Below are positions 39,139 to 48,782 of a stretch of DNA of 64,000 nt, in pieces; position 1 is the stretch's first letter, and the number at the start of each line of letters is the position of its first letter. The notes beneath the pieces were generated by a model. The model had not been told where the DNA came from, made no database searches, and saw only the letters and a program-made list of their open reading frames with translations. A program made the position numbers and the translations under genes. Location: NCBI GenBank assembly GCA_000146465.1, contig CP001950.1. One strand, written 5' to 3'.

Positions 39139-39157
39139 TTTTGCTTGGGACACTTTT
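39139..39157 (+). terminator. Pol III terminator region (T4 then T5 runs) 3' of tRNA-His.
   Basis: 'cttttgcttgggacactttttct' directly after the tRNA. Confidence 0.45.
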
Positions 39158-39162
39158 TCTTT

Positions 39163-40353
39163 CTAGTTTTCCTCCTTCCTTCCAATTTTAATTTCAGGAA
39201 GAACAAGTAAAGGACCTCCAACTCCTCTTCTTTTCAATTCCCAATATTCCAATACTTTCAAAAGATCTGGGAAGTTTCCTTCCTTTTGGGTATATGCTTT
39301 AATCTTTGAAAGAATGGATGGTGTGGCAACCGGCTGTAGATTGCAGAGCTTTCTGAATAGCGTAACCTGAGGGCATGCCATTGGAGCCTTTTTTCGGATT
39401 ATTGGAGGATTTCGTAACTTTTCATATCCAAAATACCTTATTTTGGTCACTTTTCTGTAGCCTAATTCATATGGACTTCTTTTCAAAGGACTATGGTCGA
39501 TACAATAAGATATTCTATTTTCCAAATCAAAGTAACATTTGTCTAGAGCACATGACACATGGTATTTCCTAGAACACATAAAATACGAGCAGCATATCAC
39601 AGTTCCAACAGTTTTTTCACAGAAAGAACATCCGGATTCTTTGGTATAGGAGCTAACATCAATGGGGTCTTTTGATAATGGATGGCCAAACGAGAGAGAT
39701 CTGTTGAACATAGCACACAAAACATGGCCCCATCTGTTGTCGGATGTCTGCTTGAAGATGCCGTCTGAAGAAGGGCAGAAAGAACACTCTTTTAGGTCCT
39801 TTCCATATATACATCCCTTGCACAACCAAAAATCACTCAGATCTTGTATTCCATAGCAGTTTTCATGCACACATATTCCACATCCTTGGCATACAAAAAG
39901 AGTTCCGGTGCGTTCCGATGCATGCCTTGTACAGATATCACAGAAGGAAGTGGGTTCTATAGGTTTTACGTGCCTGGATACTAAATCCTGCACGAATAGG
40001 AACCATTCCTTTTCTAATCTGTCGATAACTAACTCAAAAACATCTTTGGAGATATCAATTCCCGATCTCTCCAAATAAAGTTGATCATAGCTGTCTAGTT
40101 TATACACGATAGACTCAAAGAAGTTTCCTTTTTGATTCCTTCTAGTTGTTTTCTTGCTATCCGATTCACTTTCTGATGCATAGGTGCTTTTTGAAATAAT
40201 CTGATGCATTTTCTCGATCTCCAGATTATGATATATCGATCTGTAATCACGTTCCTCCCTCGGAACGCCTCCAAGGCATTTGGAAGTAGACATTTTTGGG
40301 TAGTAAGATTCCCCATAAGGAATGGAAAATTTTTTTTCTCGGCACATAACCAT
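39163..40353 (-). CDS. PHD-zinc knuckle-PHD (PZP) finger protein of the BRPF/JADE/Nto1 HAT-scaffold family.
   Basis: PHD1 'CDICTRHASERTGTLFVCQGCGICVHENCYG'. Zn knuckle 'WLCKGC...CSFCPSSDGIFKQTSDNRWGHVLCAMF'. Extended PHD 'CSFCEKTVGTVICCSYFMCSRKYHVSCA'. The track start 40374 is GTG. The first ATG is at 40353. Confidence 0.6.
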   Translation of the reverse strand: MVMCREKKFSIPYGESYYPKMSTSKCLGGVPREERDYRSIYHNLEIEKMHQIISKSTYASESESDSKKTTRRNQKGNFFESIVYKLDSYDQLYLERSGIDISKDVFELVIDRLEKEWFLFVQDLVSRHVKPIEPTSFCDICTRHASERTGTLFVCQGCGICVHENCYGIQDLSDFWLCKGCIYGKDLKECSFCPSSDGIFKQTSDNRWGHVLCAMFNRSLSFGHPLSKDPIDVSSYTKESGCSFCEKTVGTVICCSYFMCSRKYHVSCALDKCYFDLENRISYCIDHSPLKRSPYELGYRKVTKIRYFGYEKLRNPPIIRKKAPMACPQVTLFRKLCNLQPVATPSILSKIKAYTQKEGNFPDLLKVLEYWELKRRGVGGPLLVLPEIKIGRKEEN

Positions 40354-43300
40354 AGCCGAGACAGGAGGAGACACTTGGATTTACAGTAAAGGATACACGG
40401 CTAGAAAAAATATCATCTACAATGAGTCTGGCGAAAGTATATATGAGATTCCATTTGTCCCAAAACACTTCCATGTTTTAGCATTTGAATACTTCTTAGT
40501 CGATGAACTAAACGCTATATATCTGGTTAACAAAAATACATTGGAAATATTGGAGATTGGAAGAGTGAAAGATGAAGTGGTTGCTCTCAGTGTATCAAGA
40601 GATGAAAAATGGTGTGTTATTGCCTCTACTACGGAGATTCTTCTCTTTGATTCATATATTGACTTCAAGAAGTCGATCAAATTCGAATTTAATGAAGTAA
40701 TTCAGATTGAATGGACGGACTACGAGGTTTTTGGTGTACTAACTAGTAACATGATATTCTTTTATGATATCGAACTTAATTTGGTAGGAAAAAGCAAAGA
40801 AAGGGAATATTCAAGTATTTCTTGGAGAAGCAAATATAACGTATTTGGATGCTCAACGGGCAAGGAAATCTGCTTCGTTGAACCAAATGGACTTGAACAT
40901 GGAGATCCATTAGAGGTACGATGTAACAAATTGACTTTTCTTGAAAATGAAGATTTGCTGGCTACTATTGAAAATAATGACGAAGGTTCTCTGCTCAAAG
41001 TGTTTTACACAAAGAATTTTCATTGGTATTTGAAACTTTTGAAGCAAGTACCTGGAGGATTCCTATGTAGTGAAAAAAATGCCGTGCTGTTCAAAGATAA
41101 AGAGAGGATAGCAAAGGTTTTTTTGTTTGAGGAGAAGACGCATAGCGGCCCAGAATATTACGTGATTGATGGAAATTGCATACTTTACACAGACTTTTCG
41201 AAGAAAATCGTTCCACCACCTTTCTTCTCTGTAAAAATTGAGTTTGATAGTAATGTTATAGATATCTTTCCATCAGCAAAGAAGGGAGCAGTTCTCCTGA
41301 GAGACAAAGTGATTATTTTCAAATGGAACGGAGATAATTTTATTAGCGAAGAAGCTTTTTTTTTGGGAAGGGAATTTGACTCTGTCGTTCAGTTTAAAAG
41401 TTTTCTCCTTCTAAAGAGTAAAGATGAATTTCTTATAAAGAAAATGAATGGCGGTGAGGAAATACGTATCAACAGAAGTGTAAGAATTCAAGAAGCAACA
41501 AGAAGAAACATTATGAATGAAGAAAACATTAATGTCGTTACTAGCCAGCTCTGTGAAATATTGAACAGTTCGGTTGATGTTGTTAGATGTTACAACTTTG
41601 AAGAAAAGCTCTACTTACTGTTAGAAGATGGTTCTGTTATTCATAATGGTAGAATAGTGCATTCAGGAATTGACCTAGAGAAAAGATTTGAAATAGTCAT
41701 AGGAGAAGATATCTTTGTTCATAATGGAACGAAGCTTTTTAAAAATGGTAACGTTACAGAGAATATAACTTCATTTCTGATTGGAGAGCATGGAATAATT
41801 ACTGTATCTGAAGGAACAGGTAGATTTTTCTTAGGCCTTAAAGAAAGCACTTGCCAGGTTGATCATAGGTTGGAGCTTCTGTGTGCTCTGGACTTTAGGG
41901 TTGTTGGATTGACTAGGCATGGAACACTCGAGACATACACGCCTAAGATTTACACGCTAACTTTTATAAGGAAGCTTTTACTTGATGGGAAGTATAAAGA
42001 TGCCATAGAAGGATGCCAAAGATATATAATTCCTTTTGGAGTATTTTTGGATTATAACATTGAACTTTGCAAGTTCATAGAAGCATGCAAAGATACTCAT
42101 CTTATATCCTTCTTCAACGAAGCCCTACAGACGTTTGGAGATTTCGATTTTATTCTTGAAAGTGAAAAGGTAAAAAGATTCAGAAGGGTTTTTAATTTTC
42201 CTATGGTCTTGGAGCCTGGAAAGGGAAAAGAATATTTTGAAGTGTTAATAGCTAACGACGAATCAATAAGTGATGGCTCTCTTGAACATCTAATGGAATA
42301 TAGAAATGGAAAGAGCCAAGAAGACTCAAAATTGGGTAACTCCAGATACTCAAGAGACCTTCCTAGAGACGGGAAGAAACTATGTGGGAGAAACACAAAA
42401 GATTTCTTTAACGAGCTTTTCCAGTCATTGGATCTGGAAAGAAATTTCAAGTTTGCCATTTTCGCACTAGTGAAAGTAAAAAGAATGGATCTCGCGCTCC
42501 AAGTAGCTAAGCATGATATGAAGGGGGGAATTGGATATATGCTTTCTATAACTAATATGAGTAACATTATCAATTCTGCATTGGAAACTTGTGAAGAAGA
42601 TTTGGTGCATGAGGTGATGAAAATTTGCCAGAAGGACTCATCTGACTTTCTTTTTCTGATACGTAACTGTGAGAAAGACCTACGAGGGTTTAAGATTAAT
42701 GACTTCCTTAAGAACAGAATAGATGCACTTTATCACATAAGCAGAACCGGAATGGTGGATTTGGAAAGAGAATATATCCAGAAGCACGATCTTGTTGAAG
42801 AGGCATTGATGTATGAGGCTTGTGGTTTGAGTATTAGAAAGGAAGGATATTATTTCAACCTATGTGCAGAGCTTCTTCCGCCAGAAAAGGCATTGATTCT
42901 TTTCAAGAGAGCCCAAAACATAGAAAAGGCATTAGAAACAGCTATAGAAAATCTCTATTGGAGAGAAGCATTAGGCATGTGTGTCAAAGAAAGACAAGAA
43001 GAACTCGGTAAGTCACTGGCTAGTAGGCTTATTGATTCAGGGAAGAATTATGAAGCAGGACAGTTATTTGAGGAGTTCTTGGGAGATACAGAAAAGGCCT
43101 TCATTGAATATGTAAAGGCAAAAAGTATGGGAAATGCTCTTAGACTGTGTTCTGATGGAGAACTTCTCATGAAGGAAGCACGTGAAATTCTCAAGGAAAA
43201 GCTTCTGGTACTTGATGATATAAAGAAATCGTTTATAAAATACAGAGACAGACTGAAAACTCTTGAGGAAAGAGAAGATGATTGTATGAGTGAGACATCG

Positions 43301-43627
43301 TTTAGTTACACCGAAAACAGAAGAGGTAGTAAGAGTACAAAAGTAAAGAATAGGCCAGGAGGAGGATATGAAAAAGAGTTTGTACTCGGAAAGATTAGAG
43401 ATATTGGCTTGAATTTGATGAGGTGGAGGGATGAAACCGAGGATCTTTTGAAGGTATTTGAGAAATTTGAGATGAAAGAGTGCATCGATGCACATAATAC
43501 CTCATTTAGCGCAGTAGGTGAAGTTTTAAAGATGGAAATAGACAATGTATTCGGAACAGAAAAAAGACATCTTTATGAATCAAATAGGCCGATTGTTGAG
43601 AAGCCAGATCTCAGCAAATGGCTTTAA
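40322..43627 (+). CDS. Large WD40/TPR-type protein, tentatively Elongator subunit Elp1/Iki3.
   Basis: 1101-aa ORF. N-terminal beta-propeller-like repeats. C-terminal helical region with 'YEAGQLFEEFLGDTEKAFIEYVKAKSMGNALRLC', reminiscent of the Elp1 C-terminal TPR/dimerisation region. Tentative. Confidence 0.45.
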   Translation: MENFFSRHITIAETGGDTWIYSKGYTARKNIIYNESGESIYEIPFVPKHFHVLAFEYFLVDELNAIYLVNKNTLEILEIGRVKDEVVALSVSRDEKWCVIASTTEILLFDSYIDFKKSIKFEFNEVIQIEWTDYEVFGVLTSNMIFFYDIELNLVGKSKEREYSSISWRSKYNVFGCSTGKEICFVEPNGLEHGDPLEVRCNKLTFLENEDLLATIENNDEGSLLKVFYTKNFHWYLKLLKQVPGGFLCSEKNAVLFKDKERIAKVFLFEEKTHSGPEYYVIDGNCILYTDFSKKIVPPPFFSVKIEFDSNVIDIFPSAKKGAVLLRDKVIIFKWNGDNFISEEAFFLGREFDSVVQFKSFLLLKSKDEFLIKKMNGGEEIRINRSVRIQEATRRNIMNEENINVVTSQLCEILNSSVDVVRCYNFEEKLYLLLEDGSVIHNGRIVHSGIDLEKRFEIVIGEDIFVHNGTKLFKNGNVTENITSFLIGEHGIITVSEGTGRFFLGLKESTCQVDHRLELLCALDFRVVGLTRHGTLETYTPKIYTLTFIRKLLLDGKYKDAIEGCQRYIIPFGVFLDYNIELCKFIEACKDTHLISFFNEALQTFGDFDFILESEKVKRFRRVFNFPMVLEPGKGKEYFEVLIANDESISDGSLEHLMEYRNGKSQEDSKLGNSRYSRDLPRDGKKLCGRNTKDFFNELFQSLDLERNFKFAIFALVKVKRMDLALQVAKHDMKGGIGYMLSITNMSNIINSALETCEEDLVHEVMKICQKDSSDFLFLIRNCEKDLRGFKINDFLKNRIDALYHISRTGMVDLEREYIQKHDLVEEALMYEACGLSIRKEGYYFNLCAELLPPEKALILFKRAQNIEKALETAIENLYWREALGMCVKERQEELGKSLASRLIDSGKNYEAGQLFEEFLGDTEKAFIEYVKAKSMGNALRLCSDGELLMKEAREILKEKLLVLDDIKKSFIKYRDRLKTLEEREDDCMSETSFSYTENRRGSKSTKVKNRPGGGYEKEFVLGKIRDIGLNLMRWRDETEDLLKVFEKFEMKECIDAHNTSFSAVGEVLKMEIDNVFGTEKRHLYESNRPIVEKPDLSKWL

Positions 43628-43663
43628 GTTCGTATGTTGAATAGTCTTGAGACTGGAAGAGAA

Positions 43664-44482
43664 TTAATTCAATAAATATTTATTCTCTAGCTGGTGCTTC
43701 AGGAGTATCAGAAAGAGGTGTACAATGGTTAATTCGGGCCACAGTACTTTTGCAAAAAATACAGATGTTCCCGTTGCAACTTGGCGTACCATGAAATTAC
43801 TCAGTCTCTTTGCGTCTCCTGTTCTTATAAGTATATCGACTTTACTGTCGAATTTTATTCCTCTATTGATTTCATCTTCCGAGGAATACGCAAAGAAAAT
43901 ATTCACAACTATATCTGTATTGTTCTCAGTTTCCTTTTCTACTTCTATAAGCTTGTTTCTGACATCCGAATCAAGGAGATCCAATCTTCCATAAACTAAA
44001 AACTTTGGCTTGATACTTGTCTTTTTAGGATTTTTTATCTTCTTTCGGATAATATTCATTATCCCGTTCACTTCTTCAGGAGTTCTTCTAAGGTTGCTTA
44101 AGGCGAAACAGAAAAAAGAAACTTCCTTAAGACCATAAAAGTACCCGAAATTAATGAATTCGTATATTTTCTGGAGGCCTGGATCTCTTGTAAACTTGTC
44201 TTTCTGCCCAATCTTCTTCATATATCTTCTATTTCCATCGCAGATGAATGCAACCCTCATGCCTTGGAATATCTTAATCCTGCTTCTTCGAAAGGCGCCA
44301 TCCGAATGATTGGAGTATGGTATTCCATTCCACACATCCAAGCCCATCGATGTCAAGGAAGAGGCCTTTCGAAAAATCCCTACTATGAAAAGAATCAACT
44401 CCATAATATACTTATTATTAACTCCATTTTCAACCGCTTCCACCACACATACCAGAACCTTCCTTGCTAGATTTTCCAGCAT
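43664..44482 (-). CDS. RER2: cis-Prenyltransferase / dehydrodolichyl diphosphate synthase (UPPS family).
   Basis: 'MRVAFICDGNRRYMKK' (HxxxDGNRR motif), 'SFFCFALSNLRRTPEEV' and 'IRTGDAKRLSNFMVRQVATGTSVFFAKVLWPELT'. ATG verified. Confidence 0.85.
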   Translation of the reverse strand: MLENLARKVLVCVVEAVENGVNNKYIMELILFIVGIFRKASSLTSMGLDVWNGIPYSNHSDGAFRRSRIKIFQGMRVAFICDGNRRYMKKIGQKDKFTRDPGLQKIYEFINFGYFYGLKEVSFFCFALSNLRRTPEEVNGIMNIIRKKIKNPKKTSIKPKFLVYGRLDLLDSDVRNKLIEVEKETENNTDIVVNIFFAYSSEDEINRGIKFDSKVDILIRTGDAKRLSNFMVRQVATGTSVFFAKVLWPELTIVHLFLILLKHQLENKYLLN

Positions 44483-44587
44483 TCAACAATCAATGGATTC
44501 CATAAAAACTTTTTAATAGCTTAAGCTTAGAATCCTAATAATTAATTATTAAAACACAGAAATGCTGTAAATCGTTTTCATTCACCT

Positions 44588-45826
44588 CTAAATAAAGTCT
44601 ATGGTGTTTCTGTCAAGTCTCTCTGTCTCCAACTCTAATCTATTTCGGAGAGCGCTCTCCTTATTCCTTTCATTCAATAATTCATTGTTCCTGATTTTCA
44701 GAATATTATACATCCTCTCTAACTCTTCTATATTCTTTTTGATTTCTTGAGTCCTCGTCTCGTCTAGCTGGAGTTCTCTGTTGCCTATATCATACTCCTC
44801 ATCATATTTCTTGATTCTGTCCGAGAATATTTTCTCTTCATCCTCTAGAAGCGCCAGCTTAGACCTCTGGTCATCCATCATCTTCGAAAGTTTTAAAAGC
44901 TCATTTCTAGATAGTCTTATAAGGGCCAATGTCCTTCCTCTTTGGATCTCAACTTCCTTTATGTTAGTTTGTAAGTTTCTTAGATGGTTCTTCTTTGTAT
45001 GAATCCTCGACATCATATTATCCTTCATTTTCTGCGTATCCTGTATCTTCTCAGTAAGCTGGTCTATGTCCTGAAGAAGCTTGTCAATGCTATTTTGCAG
45101 CATGTTTTCTTTTTGCTTGCTCTGTGCCATCTTTAGAACAATAAATGACTTCTTTGCTCCCAGTTCGTCTGATTGATTAGTGTTTTCGCCCATTCCAAAC
45201 CCCATCCCATCTCCCAAGGGAGATCTAGTATATCTAGGGACCTCCATGAAGGAATCCCCACTCTCTCTAAACGACAATGGTATGTATTTGCTCTGCTCAG
45301 GCCTATATCCCGACAAAATATCTTTTGGGAGATAACCCTGTGTTCCAGACCCACTTCCATTAAACATCTGTTGATTACCTCGGTTAAATAGGCTTCTAAT
45401 GTGCAATGGGTTGAGTAATGAACTTTCTTGGTAACTCATTCCCAACTCTGGGGTCGTATCTTCATCCATCGAGCTTGGTGTTGACCTTCCCATGTACTCA
45501 GGCTTGGAGGAGTTCAATTGTAGGCGATTTTCCTCGTCGTCTTTCTTACTTAAGCTATCCTTTCCCTTTCCAAATAGTTTATCTTCGCCTCGGTTTCCTT
45601 CATCATATTTAGAAGGTATGTTCTCATTGTCTCCAACAACTCTTTTTATCCCCTTGGTGTTAGAAAGCAGCACACCATCTCTGCTGTTTTTTATAGTTCC
45701 TCCAAGAGCATTTATCACTTTTCTGGCCATGTCTGGGTCTTTGTTCGGTCTGTCAGTGACTCCAAGATCGTCTACAACAACTATTTTGGATAGACATACC
45801 TGAATCAAAACTATTATTGCTATCAT
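44588..45826 (-). CDS. Hypothetical protein with an N-terminal signal peptide, a low-complexity S/G/N-rich middle and a C-terminal coiled coil (candidate secreted/structural protein).
   Basis: N-terminus 'MIAIIVLIQVCLSKIVVV'. No other TM segment. C-terminal 150 aa is heptad-rich (LQDIDQLTEKIQDTQKMKDNMM...). Confidence 0.5.
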   Translation of the reverse strand: MIAIIVLIQVCLSKIVVVDDLGVTDRPNKDPDMARKVINALGGTIKNSRDGVLLSNTKGIKRVVGDNENIPSKYDEGNRGEDKLFGKGKDSLSKKDDEENRLQLNSSKPEYMGRSTPSSMDEDTTPELGMSYQESSLLNPLHIRSLFNRGNQQMFNGSGSGTQGYLPKDILSGYRPEQSKYIPLSFRESGDSFMEVPRYTRSPLGDGMGFGMGENTNQSDELGAKKSFIVLKMAQSKQKENMLQNSIDKLLQDIDQLTEKIQDTQKMKDNMMSRIHTKKNHLRNLQTNIKEVEIQRGRTLALIRLSRNELLKLSKMMDDQRSKLALLEDEEKIFSDRIKKYDEEYDIGNRELQLDETRTQEIKKNIEELERMYNILKIRNNELLNERNKESALRNRLELETERLDRNTIDFI

Positions 45827-45966
45827 CTTTGTTTATTCCCTGTAGCGTCTTGTTGTTTTTAATTGCTGTGTTTCACACCAAGATCCAAGTTTCCAGGACT
45901 CGGATGGGTAAAAGAGTCTAGACTTATGTGCGTGAGTAAATGGAGATGTACTGAAAAGCCCTCAAA

Positions 45967-48606
45967 ATGAGAAAGACAGACCTAGAAGATATTCGAAGAG
46001 TTTATGAAAAGTATGGGGAGGTTCTTGACGTAGATAAAATAAAGAACGGAGCAAAACATATTTTCAAATATGTTATGGATATTCCTGGATCTTTGCTTGA
46101 CTATCCAAAAGTAAGGCATCTTCGTTTCTTGGCAAAAGAAAAGATCAGCCAGATTGTAAGCGAGATAAGAAGTCAGCATAATGAAGGAGACATAGATTCA
46201 AAAAGAACATTGGAGTGGATTTCAGCCATTAAAAATATTAGAAAGGTCCACTCTGCAATTGTAGGATATGAGTCTGCTCGTATAGCATACTGGAGAAAGA
46301 TCAGCGTGATATGTGCTAGAGAATTGAAAAGAGGGCTTTCCAAGACATCCAGAACCAATCCTATACTTAAGTCAAAGAAAATATACAAAGAACTATTTGG
46401 ACACATAAAGAAAACCGAAAGAAGCATGAAGGACAAGTCGAAGAGAGCAGAGAAGGAGGAAATGGAAAGGAAGAAGAAGGAGATGGAAGAAAAAGAGGAA
46501 CTTCGGCAGAAAAGAAAGTTTGAGTATCTCCTGAGCCAGACAGAACTTTTTTCTCATTTCATATTGAAGAAGAGTAAATGCGATGTTTCAAATACAGAAG
46601 GAGAAGGGACTGAAGAATATAATAGCATGAAGGGATACAAGGCAGCCATGCTTCAAAAGGAAAAGGTAAAAGAGTTTGAAATGGGCAAGCAAGGAAAGAA
46701 ATTCAAGAGCGGAGAAGAAGTTGGAGAAGTAGCATCTCGATATGTATCTCAGCCAAGTATCTTAAAGTGTGTTCTGAAGGAGTATCAATTGAAAGGATTA
46801 AACTGGCTTGTTAGTCTGTACGATAAAGGAATCAATGGAATCCTTGCAGATGATATGGGCCTTGGAAAAACAGTCCAATCGATTTCGCTGTTAGCTTATC
46901 TTTATGAGACAGAGGAGATCCCGGGGCCATTCCTTGTTGTAACCATTTCTTCAACACTCGACAACTGGGCTCAGGAATTTTCAAGATTCCTTCCTAGCTT
47001 TAAGGTATGCCGTTTTTCAGGATCTCCAAGTGAAAGAAAGGAGCTGAAGAAGCAATTCAAGAATTCGGACGTTGTTATTACTACATACCAAACAGCAGTT
47101 AGCGATGAGAAGATGTTGAAAAAGATCAAATGGCAGTATATGATTCTTGACGAAGCACAAGCCATCAAAAGTAGTATGTCGAGGAGGTGGAAAACTCTTC
47201 TGAGTTTCAAGGCAAGGAATAGGCTTCTTTTGACAGGAACACCGATACAAAACTCTATGCAAGAGTTATGGGCTCTTCTCCATTTTATAATGCCTACTTT
47301 GTTTGACTCTCTTAGTGAGTTCAGTGACTGGTTTAGCAAGGAGATAGAAACTTCGGCAACTATGAAAAAGACTGTTGATGAAAAGTCTTTACAAAGACTT
47401 CATACTATTCTAAAGCCATTTATGCTCCGAAGACACAAATCCGATGTTATTCATGAACTAGGGCAAAAGACGCAAATTGATCTATATTGCAACCTGAGCT
47501 ATAGGCAAAGAGTACTATATAAGGAAATAACTAAATCTTGCTCAAGTATGGAGATGGAGAATCTGCTTATGCAATTGAAGAAGGTTTGCAACCATCCAGA
47601 TCTGTTCAAGAAATTGGAGCCGACTTGTGGATTGAGCCTTGAAATTAGTGATGGAGTAGGCGATACTATTTCGTTTGGTAGAAGTAAGCTAGACATAAAA
47701 ATTCCCAGTCTTATCGCAAAGGATGCACTTGAGGTGTTCCATAGAAGGGAACAGGAATTAATTGAAAGAATCAATGCACTGGAGAAGATTGCTTATGGAA
47801 GGGGATTCTGGGGATGGTATTTAGAGAACAGCTTAGACTTCAAATATAAGGGCCGTATTTTTAGAAGTGTTAAAGAGGTTGGTAAATCTATATTGAGGAA
47901 TTTCGAGAATTTAGATTCCAACAAGTTATTAGAGAGCCTGAAAAGATTAATGAATGAGGAAATGTACTGCTTAAAAAGATATGCTTGCTGCATAAGTCCG
48001 GTTGTTGCTACAGTACCTAGGTTGATTTCTAATGAAGTGGAGCTCCCGGGTATATATTTGGAAGATGTGCACATTCCACTTAACACAACCATCCACGTCC
48101 CTCCACTCAATACTTTCATTAGCGACAGCGGAAAAATGATAATTTTGGATGAATTATTACCGAGACTTAAAGCTGAGGGCCATAGATTATTGATATACTT
48201 CCAAATGACACGGATGATAGACCTTATAGAAGATTATCTTGTGAAGAAGGGATACACATACCTGAGACTGGATGGGAGTCTGAAAGCTTCGGCCCGGGCG
48301 GACGTGATCCGAGATTGGCAAACAAATGACAAATTTATTTTTCTATTAAGTACCCGTGCTGGAGGACTAGGTATTAATTTAACTGCTGCAGATACAGTTA
48401 TTTTCTACGACAGCGATTGGAATCCCACTGCTGATCAACAAGCAATGGATAGAGCACATAGACTGGGGCAAACAAGAGATGTAACGGTGTATAGGCTTAT
48501 TACAAGGGGAACGGTTGAGGAAAAGGTTCTAGAAAGTGCCAACAGAAAAGACGAGATACAGAAAATGGTTATTCATGGAAACATATTTGAAGGAGAGAAC
48601 TTTTGA
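45967..48606 (+). CDS. INO80: INO80-type Snf2-family chromatin remodelling ATPase (HSA region plus a split ATPase with a long insertion).
   Basis: HSA/post-HSA 'KRAEKEEMERKKKEMEEKEELRQKRKFEYLLSQTELFSHFILKK' (Ino80 signature 'FLLTQTELFSHF'). 'LKEYQLKGLNWLVSLYDKGINGILADDMGLGKTVQ', 'DEAQAIKSS', 'LLTGTPIQNS'. An insertion of about 270 aa precedes the C-lobe 'GKMIILDELLPRLKAEGHRLLIYFQMTRM...DWNP..DQQAMDRAHRLGQTRDVTVYRLI'. Confidence 0.85.
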   Translation: MRKTDLEDIRRVYEKYGEVLDVDKIKNGAKHIFKYVMDIPGSLLDYPKVRHLRFLAKEKISQIVSEIRSQHNEGDIDSKRTLEWISAIKNIRKVHSAIVGYESARIAYWRKISVICARELKRGLSKTSRTNPILKSKKIYKELFGHIKKTERSMKDKSKRAEKEEMERKKKEMEEKEELRQKRKFEYLLSQTELFSHFILKKSKCDVSNTEGEGTEEYNSMKGYKAAMLQKEKVKEFEMGKQGKKFKSGEEVGEVASRYVSQPSILKCVLKEYQLKGLNWLVSLYDKGINGILADDMGLGKTVQSISLLAYLYETEEIPGPFLVVTISSTLDNWAQEFSRFLPSFKVCRFSGSPSERKELKKQFKNSDVVITTYQTAVSDEKMLKKIKWQYMILDEAQAIKSSMSRRWKTLLSFKARNRLLLTGTPIQNSMQELWALLHFIMPTLFDSLSEFSDWFSKEIETSATMKKTVDEKSLQRLHTILKPFMLRRHKSDVIHELGQKTQIDLYCNLSYRQRVLYKEITKSCSSMEMENLLMQLKKVCNHPDLFKKLEPTCGLSLEISDGVGDTISFGRSKLDIKIPSLIAKDALEVFHRREQELIERINALEKIAYGRGFWGWYLENSLDFKYKGRIFRSVKEVGKSILRNFENLDSNKLLESLKRLMNEEMYCLKRYACCISPVVATVPRLISNEVELPGIYLEDVHIPLNTTIHVPPLNTFISDSGKMIILDELLPRLKAEGHRLLIYFQMTRMIDLIEDYLVKKGYTYLRLDGSLKASARADVIRDWQTNDKFIFLLSTRAGGLGINLTAADTVIFYDSDWNPTADQQAMDRAHRLGQTRDVTVYRLITRGTVEEKVLESANRKDEIQKMVIHGNIFEGENF

Positions 48607-48782
48607 AATAAATAGTATATTGTGAATGCAGTATCGATTCTATTCATTTGTTCTTTTTGAGCCAATTGCATTTATGACTCTATTTGAATAGGTGGCATCC
48701 AATGGAAGTAACTCTTTTGTAAGCAGGCTCCTTTTTATAGAAACAAAATAATATATCAGTGAATATGAAAAAGACAACCTGA

